Below are positions 49,659-59,752 of a stretch of DNA of 64,000 bases, piece by piece. The translations under genes were made by a program, and so were the position numbers. The stretch is from NCBI GenBank assembly GCA_965660855.1, contig CBFIBM010000006.1, positions 45,977-109,976 on the forward strand, read 5' to 3'. The notes below the pieces were generated by a model. It saw only the letters and a program-made list of their open reading frames with translations. It made no database searches and was not told the origin of the DNA. Positions within the stretch are counted from its first letter, which is position 1, and every line of letters begins with the position of its first letter. The stretch is from an uncultured bacterium. GTDB lineage: Bacteria > Fidelibacterota > Marinisomatia > Marinisomatales > UBA1611.

Positions 49659-50777
49659 ATGTTAGATACTTTTAAAAGCACGGTTGATTATATTTCTAAT
49701 CCAACGATTAGCTTTTCATTATTAACGATACTTACTCCAATTCTTTTTCCCCCTACAGATTGGTTTGATAGATTGAACCGAAAACTTCGTTTTAATTTAC
49801 TGTGGACAAAAACTGGACTTGCCATTGCGATGATTGTAATAACATTTTTCTTTGCTGTTGGCTTTTTAGATGAGAATTTTAGTGTTATTTTAACAAAAGC
49901 AGATAATTTTCCAATCATTTTAATGTTTTATTCAATTTACTTTTACACCTGGCTCGCAATGCACAAAGCATACATTAATGATGAAAGGCTAGAGAAAGGA
50001 TTAAAACCATCTGAATATAATGACCCTGATGATAAGGTTCTTGTATGGCCAGATTTAGTATACATTGAATTTATAGCTCTCATACTATTCACAGTTTTTC
50101 TTGTTGTATGGTCCATTCTTGTTGCAGCTCCACTTGAGGAACCTGCAAATCCTGCAGCAACGCCTAACCCTTCTAAAGCCCCGTGGTATTTCCTAGGACT
50201 GCAGGAGATGCTAGTTTATTACGATCCCTGGATTGCAGGTATTTTGCTTCCTATTTTTTGTGTTGTTGGCTTAATGGCTATTCCATATATGGATATAAAT
50301 AAAAAAGGTGATGGATACTATTCATTTAAAGAAAGAAGAGTAGGTATATTTATTTTTATGTATGGTTGGATTGTTCTATGGCTATTTTTGATTGTTCTGG
50401 GAACATTTTTCAGAGGTCCAAATTGGAATTTTTATGGACCTTTTGAATATTGGGATGCTCATAAGGTTGTTGCTCTGAACAACATTAACCTTTCAGAATA
50501 CTTTTGGGTAAAATTACTTGGAACGGGACTACCAGATAATATTATTCTAAGAGAATTTGTTGGATTTATTGTAGTCGGAATTTATTTATTTATAACGCCT
50601 GTAGTTCTTGCAAAAACAGTTCTTAAAGATATGGTAAAAGCTTATGGTCTAATTCGATATGGAGCACTAATGACTTTTGGTTTGGTTATGTTAAGCTTAC
50701 CAATCAAAATGTATTTTAGATGGATATTTGACTTGAAATATTTTGTAGCAATTCCTGAATACTTTTTCAATATATAG
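49659..50777 (+). CDS. petD: Cytochrome b subunit IV-like protein with extra TM helices
   Basis: WPDL, PLEEPANP..TP...KAPWYF (PEWY equivalent), IPY.D. Confidence 0.82.
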   Translation: MLDTFKSTVDYISNPTISFSLLTILTPILFPPTDWFDRLNRKLRFNLLWTKTGLAIAMIVITFFFAVGFLDENFSVILTKADNFPIILMFYSIYFYTWLAMHKAYINDERLEKGLKPSEYNDPDDKVLVWPDLVYIEFIALILFTVFLVVWSILVAAPLEEPANPAATPNPSKAPWYFLGLQEMLVYYDPWIAGILLPIFCVVGLMAIPYMDINKKGDGYYSFKERRVGIFIFMYGWIVLWLFLIVLGTFFRGPNWNFYGPFEYWDAHKVVALNNINLSEYFWVKLLGTGLPDNIILREFVGFIVVGIYLFITPVVLAKTVLKDMVKAYGLIRYGALMTFGLVMLSLPIKMYFRWIFDLKYFVAIPEYFFNI

Positions 50778-50791
50778 GTTAATCGAAAAAA

Positions 50792-53700
50792 ATGTTTAAA
50801 AACGACGAAAGATATTGGGACATCAATTTATTAAATAAATGGTTTGCTGTCTCTTCTATAGTATTTCTTGTGGTGACGGTATGGGTTTTTGTGGATGATA
50901 ATGATGATGAATTTAAAACATATCAAAAAGAATTTAGAAAAATGCAAGTTGAGGTTGCAGAACGAAAACTTATTCAAGATTCTACTTCAATAGCAGCTGA
51001 TAAAGTTCTATATGAAAAGGAGCTTGCTCTTGCTCAGGAAAATTTTAATGAAAGAAAAGAAGAGTTAGACGTTTTAGAGCAGGAATTGAGAACCCTTAAA
51101 AATAGACACTACAATGAAAATATGTTATATCAAGGGCAAAAAGCTAGGATTGATGAACTAAAGTATTTGGTTGAGTCAGATAATGCTCAGGGGTCATCTC
51201 ATGGTCCTTCTCACATCGATGAGTATAATAATGCGCTTGATAAACTCGATAATCTGAGATTAGTACGCGAAGGTACTGAAATTGAAATAAGTGAAAAAGA
51301 GCGAATCATTAAAGAAATTAAGTCTGAAGTTAAATTAAAAAAAGACGAATTAGATACATTCACCCGCCAGTATACTCTAACTAAAAATACATTAAATAAA
51401 ATTGACCGTGATAGAATGTCAATTGGAAATAAAATTGGAGATATCGTCAGAGATTTACCTATCCTTGATTTCTTAGATCCTTATTATAAAGTTCACCAAA
51501 TAGTAGTTGCTGATATAAAATACGACGTAAATTTTGCAGCCGTTCCAACTGTAGATAGATGTACAAGTTGTCACCTAGGCATCGATAACCCAGATTTTTC
51601 CGAAGCTCCTCAGCCTTATACAACACACCCCAATTTAGATTTATACCTTACATCTTCTTCTCCTCACCCAATTAATAATTTTGGATGTACAAGCTGTCAT
51701 GCGGGAAAAAGCCGTGGTACATCTTTTGTATCATCGCAGCATACTCCAAACACACCAGAAGACAAAGAAAGATGGAAAGAGGAATACGATTGGAAAAAAG
51801 ATCATCATTGGCTTACTCCAATGCTACCAACTCGTTACACACAAGCAAGTTGTTTTAATTGTCATTCAAATACTAGTGACCTAGCAGGAGCTGAAAAATT
51901 AAATTTTGGTCTATCGCTTGTAGATAAAGCTGGTTGTAATGGTTGTCATCATAATGAGGACTGGCCTACTCAAGCAAAGTCTGGCCCAAACCTCAAGAAA
52001 GTGAATGAAAAACTGAGTGAAGATTGGGTAGCAAAGTGGGTTAAAAATCCTCGACATTTTAGGTACAATACAAGGATGCCAGCGATATTTGAGCAACCAA
52101 ATCAAGAAACTCCTGAAGTAACAGCCTACAATAATGCAGAGATCGCTGGAATTACTGAATATTTATTTAAGGGGAAAGATAAACTATCAGGGAGCAATAG
52201 TAAACGTTTTATTGGCGACTACACTAATGGAGAAAAACTGTTTAATGCCGTGGGTTGTACTGGATGTCATGTCTCAGAGAACAACCCTGAGTTAGCTCCG
52301 CACGTCAATAGCTATTATAATTTAACTAAAGTCCAAGGCCCGAACTTAATTGGAATGGGTTCAAAAGTTTCAGCAGAATGGCTTTATGAATGGTTAATGG
52401 ATCCCCAAGCTTATAATCCTGAAACAATGATGCCAAACCTTAGACTAGAGCCTCAGCAAGCGAAAGACCTTACAGCATACTTAATTCAAAATAAAAATGA
52501 ACAATTTGACGAACTACCAGAGCATAAATACAACAAAGAAGTTTTAGACCAACTTACAGTTAACTGGTTAAAAAAATCTAATCCAGAAAAATATGCTATC
52601 CAAAAAGCATCCAAAATGAATGAAGAAGAAAAACTTAATTTTGTAGGTGAAAAAAGTATTCGCCATTACGGATGTTTTGGATGTCATAATATAGATGGTT
52701 TTGATAATGCTAAACCAATCGGTGTTGAAATTACCGAAGAGGGTTCAAAACCTGTAAAGAAATTTGACTTTGGACTATTCCATGATATTGAACACACTAC
52801 CCATGCTTGGATTGAAAATAAATTGAGGACTCCTCGAATTTACGATAGAGGTAAAGAAAGCGAACACTTAGATTTACTAAAAATGCCAAATTTTTATTTT
52901 TCTGAAGAAGAAATTGAAGCAATTACTACTGCGGTACTATCATTCAATGCTAATAAAATTGGTGAAAAACTTTTAGCTCACAAGAAAGTACCTGATATTT
53001 ATAAAAAAGGACATCGATTGGTCAAACAGTATAACTGCCAAGGGTGTCACTTAATCGAAAATCAAGGTGGCCAAATCGTTGATCTAATTGGAAAACCAGA
53101 ATATGCTCCACCAAATCTTCACACAGAAGGAAGGAAGGCAAATCCAGACTGGTTATTATCATTTTTAAAAAATCCGTCGATAATAAGACCAAACTTGCAA
53201 GTTAAAATGCCTAGCTATCATCAAATTTCTGATGAAGATTGGGACGCAATTATAGCATATTTTCAACACATGGCTGGTGAAAAGATACATTACAGAAGTA
53301 AGCATCAATTTGACACAGAAAGTACTGAATTTGCTGCAGGTCAAATGTTACATGAAATTGGGCAATGTAACAGTTGTCATTTTTACGGTGAAGAATTTCC
53401 TACTGGAGATGCACCAACTTGGGCTCCTAATTTAGCTTTAACAAAAGAACGCTTGAACCCTGATTGGGTTCATGAATGGTTAAAAAACCCTCAAGAAATT
53501 ATGCCAGGAACTAAAATGCCAGCTCCTTATTTACCTGACGAGAGTATTTTATCAGCTGAAGGGGCAAAAAATGATTGGGGTAGAGAACTTGTACAGCTAA
53601 ATGGCGATACTACTGCTATGTTAGATGGGTTAACAGATTATTTATGGAACATCAAGGGTTCAACAAATATCGATGCACTTATAAAAGATTACTTTGACAA

Positions 53701-53794
53701 GAATGGTTATGACTTTGAAAACTCTGATGATGATAATGAATATGATGACGATGATGACTGGGGAGACGATGAAGATGATGACGATGATTGGTAG
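50792..53794 (+). CDS. Membrane-anchored octaheme cytochrome c with coiled coil and acidic tail
   Basis: Eight CxxCH (CTSCH x2, CFNCH, CNGCH, CTGCH, CFGCH, CQGCH, CNSCH); repeated W..NP....P...MP modules. Confidence 0.9.
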   Translation: MFKNDERYWDINLLNKWFAVSSIVFLVVTVWVFVDDNDDEFKTYQKEFRKMQVEVAERKLIQDSTSIAADKVLYEKELALAQENFNERKEELDVLEQELRTLKNRHYNENMLYQGQKARIDELKYLVESDNAQGSSHGPSHIDEYNNALDKLDNLRLVREGTEIEISEKERIIKEIKSEVKLKKDELDTFTRQYTLTKNTLNKIDRDRMSIGNKIGDIVRDLPILDFLDPYYKVHQIVVADIKYDVNFAAVPTVDRCTSCHLGIDNPDFSEAPQPYTTHPNLDLYLTSSSPHPINNFGCTSCHAGKSRGTSFVSSQHTPNTPEDKERWKEEYDWKKDHHWLTPMLPTRYTQASCFNCHSNTSDLAGAEKLNFGLSLVDKAGCNGCHHNEDWPTQAKSGPNLKKVNEKLSEDWVAKWVKNPRHFRYNTRMPAIFEQPNQETPEVTAYNNAEIAGITEYLFKGKDKLSGSNSKRFIGDYTNGEKLFNAVGCTGCHVSENNPELAPHVNSYYNLTKVQGPNLIGMGSKVSAEWLYEWLMDPQAYNPETMMPNLRLEPQQAKDLTAYLIQNKNEQFDELPEHKYNKEVLDQLTVNWLKKSNPEKYAIQKASKMNEEEKLNFVGEKSIRHYGCFGCHNIDGFDNAKPIGVEITEEGSKPVKKFDFGLFHDIEHTTHAWIENKLRTPRIYDRGKESEHLDLLKMPNFYFSEEEIEAITTAVLSFNANKIGEKLLAHKKVPDIYKKGHRLVKQYNCQGCHLIENQGGQIVDLIGKPEYAPPNLHTEGRKANPDWLLSFLKNPSIIRPNLQVKMPSYHQISDEDWDAIIAYFQHMAGEKIHYRSKHQFDTESTEFAAGQMLHEIGQCNSCHFYGEEFPTGDAPTWAPNLALTKERLNPDWVHEWLKNPQEIMPGTKMPAPYLPDESILSAEGAKNDWGRELVQLNGDTTAMLDGLTDYLWNIKGSTNIDALIKDYFDKNGYDFENSDDDNEYDDDDDWGDDEDDDDDW

Positions 53795-53836
53795 GAAAAA
53801 AGTATATTAAAAAAACACTTTCCACAGTGCTTCTTT

Positions 53837-54676
53837 TTACTTAATAATAATCTTAATCGAATTAGAAACCTGATTGGCATCCCATTTTTCTCCTTTCCAA
53901 ATTCCTAAAACTTTTCTATCTGGATTAATTAGAACTGAACTAAGCTTATGACCAATTTTACCATTTTCTACCCCCCAAAAATCTCCTCCTGATTGCTTTA
54001 CTAATTTATATACATCTCCAATATGATTTGTGCTTGACCATATTTCAATATTAGGGTTATCCTTAATACTTGGTCCATAAGTATCTTTTAAGGAAGATGG
54101 GGTATCAAATAGATAATCAAAACTAACTAAAATAAATTTTATATTTTCGCTATCAGTAAATTGATTAGCCATAATTTTATTTTTCATAAAAATAGCTGGG
54201 CATAAATTTGGCATTGGGCATTTAGAGAAAATGTAAGATATAAATAGATATTCATCATATTTATCTAGTTGAATTTTATTGCTATCTAAATCTAGAAGAG
54301 TAACATCATCAAGTGTATCTCCTATTACCTTTTCAGAAAATTCGTCATCAAAAAAAGTATCTCTAATTGGCATATGTCCTTTTCCTATCAATCGAAAATT
54401 TTTTGCTTCTATTTTATCTTCATTCCATTGAAACTCAAAATGTACACTGTCACCTCTTTTAAACCCGTCCATTTTATTATTAATTGATATTGGAAAAGGC
54501 ATTATCATTGGAAGCATTAAATCTCTTATAGTATCATGTGCTATGATTACCTCTCTATCATCCAATTTAATGTCTTGAATTGTACCTTTTACTGAATATA
54601 ATTGATCAGAATTACTACATCCTACAATGGATAATATAAAATACAGATAAAATAAATTTTTTAGATTACAAATCAT
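53837..54676 (-). CDS. SCO-family lipoprotein with N-terminal CusF-like copper-binding domain
   Basis: Lipobox VGC; IAH..I...M.PM.MPF; FSKCPMPNLCP; H in IGHK. Confidence 0.82.
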   Translation of the reverse strand: MICNLKNLFYLYFILSIVGCSNSDQLYSVKGTIQDIKLDDREVIIAHDTIRDLMLPMIMPFPISINNKMDGFKRGDSVHFEFQWNEDKIEAKNFRLIGKGHMPIRDTFFDDEFSEKVIGDTLDDVTLLDLDSNKIQLDKYDEYLFISYIFSKCPMPNLCPAIFMKNKIMANQFTDSENIKFILVSFDYLFDTPSSLKDTYGPSIKDNPNIEIWSSTNHIGDVYKLVKQSGGDFWGVENGKIGHKLSSVLINPDRKVLGIWKGEKWDANQVSNSIKIIIK

Positions 54677-54684
54677 GTAAATAA

Positions 54685-54711
54685 AAAAGGCGGATTATTG
54701 GTCCGCCTTTT
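54685..54711. terminator. Intrinsic terminator hairpin downstream of 54741..55454
   Basis: AAAAGGCGGA-TTATTGG-TCCGCCTTTT with A-run on the left. Confidence 0.75.
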
Positions 54712-54740
54712 GGATTTATAACTTCTTGTTATGATTTAAC

Positions 54741-55454
54741 TTACTTCTTTTTACTTGGTCTTTTAAAAGTAAAATCTTTAGTCGTTTCACCTGAACCAAT
54801 TGTTACAGTTCCTGTCAGTGGGCGTTTTTTAAACTTTTCTTGCCAACAGACAATATCATATTTCCCCGCAGGAATTCCTTCAATTGAAAAGTTACCACTT
54901 GCATCTGTAACCGCATAGTAAGGATGGTCTGAAACAAAAACCCAAGATTTCATCCAAGGATGAACATCACATTTTATATAAAATGGTTCTGGTTCAGATT
55001 GCTTGAAAGTAGTTGTCTTTTGTTTCACTACCTTGGGCATTGCAAAATTGAATTCCTTGTTTACTTTTGGCATTGAATGAATATTATGAAGGGTAGCATC
55101 ACTATTTTTGATTAATAAATCTTGTCCAGCAATCATACCAAAAACATGTGGTGTATAAATACAACCCTGTTGATCTAAAACTACAGGATCCGATGGAGTA
55201 CCTCCAGAATAAGAAACTGATTTCAAGTAGACAAGAGCTTCTTCCATGAAACCTTCCGTTGAAACTTTAAAGTTTTCACTATAAACTGCTCCAGAGTGGG
55301 ATGATCCACAAACAGGATCAGCATCCATTTTTAATCTCTTCTTTTTAGGCGGTTTACCATCATACTTTACTGTACCTTTTAATGTCCCTGCGTCCATTAA
55401 GCTAGAAACGAGTACGATAGTAATTATATTTGTTATCATATTTTTAAATTTCAT
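54741..55454 (-). CDS. Exported cupredoxin-like protein with carboxypeptidase-regulatory-like domain
   Basis: Signal peptide; N.D..LHNIH and CDVHPWM; TDASG.F.I.GIP.G.Y. Confidence 0.7.
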   Translation of the reverse strand: MKFKNMITNIITIVLVSSLMDAGTLKGTVKYDGKPPKKKRLKMDADPVCGSSHSGAVYSENFKVSTEGFMEEALVYLKSVSYSGGTPSDPVVLDQQGCIYTPHVFGMIAGQDLLIKNSDATLHNIHSMPKVNKEFNFAMPKVVKQKTTTFKQSEPEPFYIKCDVHPWMKSWVFVSDHPYYAVTDASGNFSIEGIPAGKYDIVCWQEKFKKRPLTGTVTIGSGETTKDFTFKRPSKKK

Positions 55455-55611
55455 TTTATATCCTTTATTAAATAACTATTAAGTCATTATTTAAATTTAC
55501 AACTTTTTATTAATTTCAAGAACTACAAAATATCATTGTTCATGGGTACAATTTATTGGAAAATAGGGTAGGTTTATTTTTAAATTATTAATATAAAAAT
55601 TTGGTTTTATA

Positions 55612-56088
55612 ATGTACTTATTCATGATCTCCTGTTACGTATTGATGCTATTCAATTTTATTAACTTAACTCTAGTAGGGTTGAGTGGATATTTCAGTTT
55701 CCAAATTCTTGGTGCGAGTCATGCAAAGTACTCTCTTTTTATGATGCTTATTTTCACCATTACTGAAACAGTGGTAATGTATTTTTTTATCACAACGGGA
55801 AGTGGTATCAAAGAAGCAATTGAATCTGGACTTGGTAAGAAAGAACTTTGGACAAGAGAACGTAATTTAAAGATGAAGCTTTTCCCTCAGCTTATGCTGA
55901 CTATTTTACTTGTTGGTGGCTGGTTTATTCATAAAGGTGCAGTGGAAAACAACCTTCCTTTTTCTTGGATTCATGGCCCTCTGTTCATTATAGCTTATTT
56001 TCATCACATCTGGCTTCTTGTGCTAAAAAATAACTTTTTTAAGGAGCAATTAGATATTATCTCTGAATTAAAGCCAAGAGCAAGTTAA
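55612..56088 (+). CDS. Hypothetical 4-TM membrane protein
   Basis: Hydrophobic ORF with several TM His residues; first gene of the oxidase block. Confidence 0.7.
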   Translation: MYLFMISCYVLMLFNFINLTLVGLSGYFSFQILGASHAKYSLFMMLIFTITETVVMYFFITTGSGIKEAIESGLGKKELWTRERNLKMKLFPQLMLTILLVGGWFIHKGAVENNLPFSWIHGPLFIIAYFHHIWLLVLKNNFFKEQLDIISELKPRAS

Positions 56089-56090
56089 GT

Positions 56091-56249
56091 ATGTATTACG
56101 CAGCAAAATTATTAGAGCTTTTGGGTATGTCCATGATTGCGGTTGGTTTTATCATTAAATTTCCATCTCTGATGGATCCAAAACTTTTACTTGGAGGTAT
56201 TATTTGTTTTGTTTCAGGATGGAGCATTGAAAAATATATATTAAAATGA
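56091..56249 (+). CDS. 52-aa two-TM micro-protein
   Basis: MYYAAKLLELLGMSMIAVGFIIKFPSLMDPKLLLGGIICFVSGWSIEKYILK; 2 nt after the previous stop. Confidence 0.6.
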   Translation: MYYAAKLLELLGMSMIAVGFIIKFPSLMDPKLLLGGIICFVSGWSIEKYILK

Positions 56250-56307
56250 AAAACATTGCGAAATGATTTGTGATTCTTAGCAATTTTTGTTTTAAATTTT
56301 GGTAATT

Positions 56308-56634
56308 ATGGCAGGAAATTATAACTATTTTAAAGGAATTCCCGAGTTACCAGATTACGCAAGGGAAAAGACTAAGAGACCAAAGCTTGTTGCTGTAGTT
56401 GATGAAGACAATTGTACAGGGTGTCAGGTTTGTGTACCTTTTTGTCCCGTTGACTGTATAGAGCCAGTCGCAAAAGATAAATATGAAATTCCAATACCTC
56501 CTGTTCAAGTTAGATTTGATGAGTGTACAGGATGTCAAGTCTGTGCAAGAGTCTGTACTCGAATGACATGGGATGCAATCCGAATGTTAAAGACAGAAGA
56601 TTTTGAAGAAAATTATGATCTCAAAATTCAATAG
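56308..56634 (+). CDS. 2x[4Fe-4S] ferredoxin
   Basis: CTGCQVCVPFCP and CTGCQVCARVC; ATG 56308 preferred to TTG 56299. Confidence 0.88.
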   Translation: MAGNYNYFKGIPELPDYAREKTKRPKLVAVVDEDNCTGCQVCVPFCPVDCIEPVAKDKYEIPIPPVQVRFDECTGCQVCARVCTRMTWDAIRMLKTEDFEENYDLKIQ

Positions 56635-56666
56635 TTATTTTAAAAATATTTAAATAAAAACAAAAA

Positions 56667-58388
56667 TTGAGCAATAATAAACACCATCACGAAGAAACAT
56701 TTTTTCAAAAATATATTTGGTCTGTAGACCACAAAGTCATTGGTATTCAGTATGGAATAACATCCCTTCTGTTTTTACTTTTTGGATTTTGTTTAATGAT
56801 GGTCATGAGATACCAACTCGCTTATCCAGAAACTCCAATTCCTATAGTTGGTTGGTTCTTCAAAGAAAGTGGTGGTATCATGTTGCCTGAGAACTACAAC
56901 ACCTTAGGGGCAATGCACGGAACAATCATGATTTTCCTTGGTGTTGTTCCTCTAGCAGTCGGTGCTTTTGGAAACTACCTCGTACCACTTCAGATTGGAG
57001 CACCAGATATGGCATTTCCAAGATTAAATGCCTCCAGTTACTGGTCATACTTTATTGGCGGCGTTATAATGCTTGCAAGTTTTTTTACTCCTGAGGGTGC
57101 TGCTCGAAGCGGATGGACTTCTTACCCGCCTCTTTCTATATTTGAATCAGGACAAACAATGTGGCTCTGTGGTATGATCTTTTTAATTACCTCATCTCTA
57201 CTTGGGTCAATGAATATTATCGTTACCATTGTTCAGTTAAGAGCTCCTGGGCTCACGTGGTACAAACTTCCATTTTTTATTTGGACTCAGCTCATAACGT
57301 CTTTTTTATTAGTTTTAGCATTTCCCCCATTAGAAGCAGCATCTATACTGCAATTAATGGATCGATTAGCAGGGACTAGTTTTTTTCTACCAAGCGGATT
57401 GGTTTATGCTGGAAATACTGTTGAAGCATATGGATCAGGTTCTCCACTTCTTTGGCAACACCTTTTCTGGTTTTTAGCTCACCCTGAGGTTTATGTTCTT
57501 ATATTACCGGCTATAGGGATTGTTGGCGAAATTATAGCTAATAACACCAGAAAGCCACTCTGGGGATACAAATCTATGATATACGCTATTAGTTTTTTAG
57601 GTTTTATGTCCTTTATTGTATGGGCTCATCATATGTTCCTTACAGGAATGGGACAAACAATGAGCGCATTTTTTCAGCTTACAACAATGATTATCTCCAT
57701 CCCATCTGTCGTTGTATTAACAGCATTTTTCTTGTCCCTTTGGGGTGGATCAATACGATTCAATACGCCCATGTTGTTTGCCTTGGCATTTTTACCAATG
57801 TTTGGAATCGGTGGTTTAACAGGATTACCTTTAGGTGTTGCAGCATCGGATATCTTTTTGCATGATACATATTATGTCATTGGACATTTCCATTACGTTG
57901 TTGCTCCAGGAACTCTATTTGCTCTTTTTGCAGGTATTTATTATTGGTTTCCCAAGGTTTCAGGAAAAAAGTTACATGAAGGGTTAGGAAAACTACATTT
58001 CTGGCCATCATTAATATTCATGAATGGTGTTTTTATGCCTATGTTTATCCAAGGTCTAGCGGGATTGTCAAGGCGTATGTATGATGGAGGAACTCAGTAT
58101 GCCCATGCATCTGATATCTTGCAATGGAATGAATTTATGACGATATCAGCATTCTGTTTAGGTGCCGCCCAAATTCCATTTATCCTTAATATTATTTTAA
58201 CACTAGCAGGTAAAGTTACAGGAGAAAGAAATCCTTGGAATTCTACTACGATTGAATGGTCTGCTCCATCACCGCCTTTACCACATATTAATTTTGATGA
58301 GGAAGTAAAAGTTTATCATGATCCTTACGAATATAGTGTACCAGGCCATGAGGAAGACTTTTGCCCACAAACTAAAAAATTAGACTAG
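56667..58388 (+). CDS. ctaD: Cytochrome c oxidase subunit I, A1-type
   Basis: DHK.IG, MHGT.M, WFLAHPEVY, WAHHM, HDTYYV.GHFH, RR. Confidence 0.96.
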   Translation: MSNNKHHHEETFFQKYIWSVDHKVIGIQYGITSLLFLLFGFCLMMVMRYQLAYPETPIPIVGWFFKESGGIMLPENYNTLGAMHGTIMIFLGVVPLAVGAFGNYLVPLQIGAPDMAFPRLNASSYWSYFIGGVIMLASFFTPEGAARSGWTSYPPLSIFESGQTMWLCGMIFLITSSLLGSMNIIVTIVQLRAPGLTWYKLPFFIWTQLITSFLLVLAFPPLEAASILQLMDRLAGTSFFLPSGLVYAGNTVEAYGSGSPLLWQHLFWFLAHPEVYVLILPAIGIVGEIIANNTRKPLWGYKSMIYAISFLGFMSFIVWAHHMFLTGMGQTMSAFFQLTTMIISIPSVVVLTAFFLSLWGGSIRFNTPMLFALAFLPMFGIGGLTGLPLGVAASDIFLHDTYYVIGHFHYVVAPGTLFALFAGIYYWFPKVSGKKLHEGLGKLHFWPSLIFMNGVFMPMFIQGLAGLSRRMYDGGTQYAHASDILQWNEFMTISAFCLGAAQIPFILNIILTLAGKVTGERNPWNSTTIEWSAPSPPLPHINFDEEVKVYHDPYEYSVPGHEEDFCPQTKKLD

Positions 58389-58397
58389 GAGCACTCA

Positions 58398-59000
58398 TTG
58401 AGTAGTATACCATATATTTTAGAAGAAAGACCTGATACAGGGCTCAATAATTCCAGGCTTGGAATTTGGATATTTATAGCATCGGAGATTATGCTTTTTG
58501 GCGGGCTTTTTTCTGCTTACGTATTTTTGAGATTTGCAGCACCCGAAGGTGACTTTGACTATTGGGGATCAAAATTAAATGTTCCAATGGCTACATTTAA
58601 TACTCTTATGCTTATAACTTCAAGTGTGACAATGATAATGTCTTGGGCCTCCCTAAAGATGAGACAATTTGATAAATATAAAATGTATCTAGGTCTAACT
58701 ATACTGTGTGGGATAGGCTTTTTAGTTGTCAAGTATTTTGAGTATACAAGCAAGTTTCACCATGGTATATTTCCATCTTCTAGTACTTTCATGGGAATTT
58801 ATTTCACACTAACTGGGTTACACGTTCTTCATATTATTGGTGGATTAGCAGTTTTAATCTATTTCTGGGGTCCTGTAGCTAAAAAAATGTATGATGAAGA
58901 TGTTGAATTATTAGCGAATAGAATTGAGGTAACAGGTCTCTATTGGCATTTTGTTGATTTAGTGTGGATATTTTTGTTCCCAATCTTATACCTTTTATAG
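58398..59000 (+). CDS. ctaE: Cytochrome c oxidase subunit III
   Basis: W.F..SE..LF, TG.H..H..GG, YWHFVD.VW. Confidence 0.94.
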   Translation: MSSIPYILEERPDTGLNNSRLGIWIFIASEIMLFGGLFSAYVFLRFAAPEGDFDYWGSKLNVPMATFNTLMLITSSVTMIMSWASLKMRQFDKYKMYLGLTILCGIGFLVVKYFEYTSKFHHGIFPSSSTFMGIYFTLTGLHVLHIIGGLAVLIYFWGPVAKKMYDEDVELLANRIEVTGLYWHFVDLVWIFLFPILYLL

Positions 59001-59009
59001 AGAAAAGTT

Positions 59010-59333
59010 ATGTCTAATAAAAAAGAAATTACCGTTGAAGAACATTTAGAAATACAACATCATGTGAAGGTATATATTAATGTTTTTGTTGCATTAATCA
59101 TCCTAACCTTCATAACTGTAGCCGTAAGTTTTTTGAAGGTTTCTTTCATTGAAGCTTTTTTCCTAGCCGTTACGATTGCAACGATCAAAGGAAGTTTAGT
59201 CCTTGGATTTTTCATGCACCTCATTACTGAAAAACAAGCTATAATTTGGATTCTAATATCAACCTTTATCGCTTTTCTAATTTTAATGTTCCTTCCGTTA
59301 ATAACAATGATGGACCACACTAGTATTTGGTAA
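59010..59333 (+). CDS. ctaF: Cytochrome c oxidase subunit IV
   Basis: Y..VF.AL..LT, K..LV..FFMHL. Confidence 0.88.
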   Translation: MSNKKEITVEEHLEIQHHVKVYINVFVALIILTFITVAVSFLKVSFIEAFFLAVTIATIKGSLVLGFFMHLITEKQAIIWILISTFIAFLILMFLPLITMMDHTSIW

Positions 59334-59336
59334 GAA

Positions 59337-59513
59337 ATGGGAATAAAAATACCACATATTTTAATAATTACTCTTTCAATAGTACTTTCAGTATTTTTCT
59401 CATATAAGATGTACACTGAAAATACGATCTACTTATTTGTGGCTGGAGTAATTACATCCGCTAGTTTAGCATATTATTTATCCATCATAATTAGAAAGTT
59501 TCAAACTATATGA
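59337..59513 (+). CDS. 58-aa two-TM micro-protein
   Basis: MGIKIPHILIITLSIVLSVFFSYKMYTENTIYLFVAGVITSASLAYYLSIIIRKFQTI; ATGA overlap with the next gene. Confidence 0.6.
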   Translation: MGIKIPHILIITLSIVLSVFFSYKMYTENTIYLFVAGVITSASLAYYLSIIIRKFQTI

Positions 59514-59752
59514 TTAAATCTTTTCTTTTAAAACAAACTATTGTCTTTAGCTTATTTTTGTTGCCTAATATAATATTCGCTTGTGCTACTTGTTTTGGAG
59601 ATCCAAATAGTAGTGCTGGTAAAGGAATGGATATGGCAATAATTACTTTACTAGGAGTAATAAGTCCTATACTATTTGCAATAGCGGTTGGTATTGTATC
59701 GATTGGATTAAAATCAAAAAAAATTAATCAGGAAGCTGTAAAAAATGATTGA
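59510..59752 (+). CDS. Small membrane protein with a CxxC motif after a signal-like helix
   Basis: IFA-CATCFG followed by a TM helix; overlaps the ctaC start. Confidence 0.7.
   Translation: MIKSFLLKQTIVFSLFLLPNIIFACATCFGDPNSSAGKGMDMAIITLLGVISPILFAIAVGIVSIGLKSKKINQEAVKND

Noticed and set aside
50792..53794. Alternative complex III or HAO/nitrite-reductase-type octaheme enzyme
   Set aside because: No ActB/ActC-like genes and no CxxCK; the hemes sit mostly in repeated class-I-like modules within a Rieske/b operon
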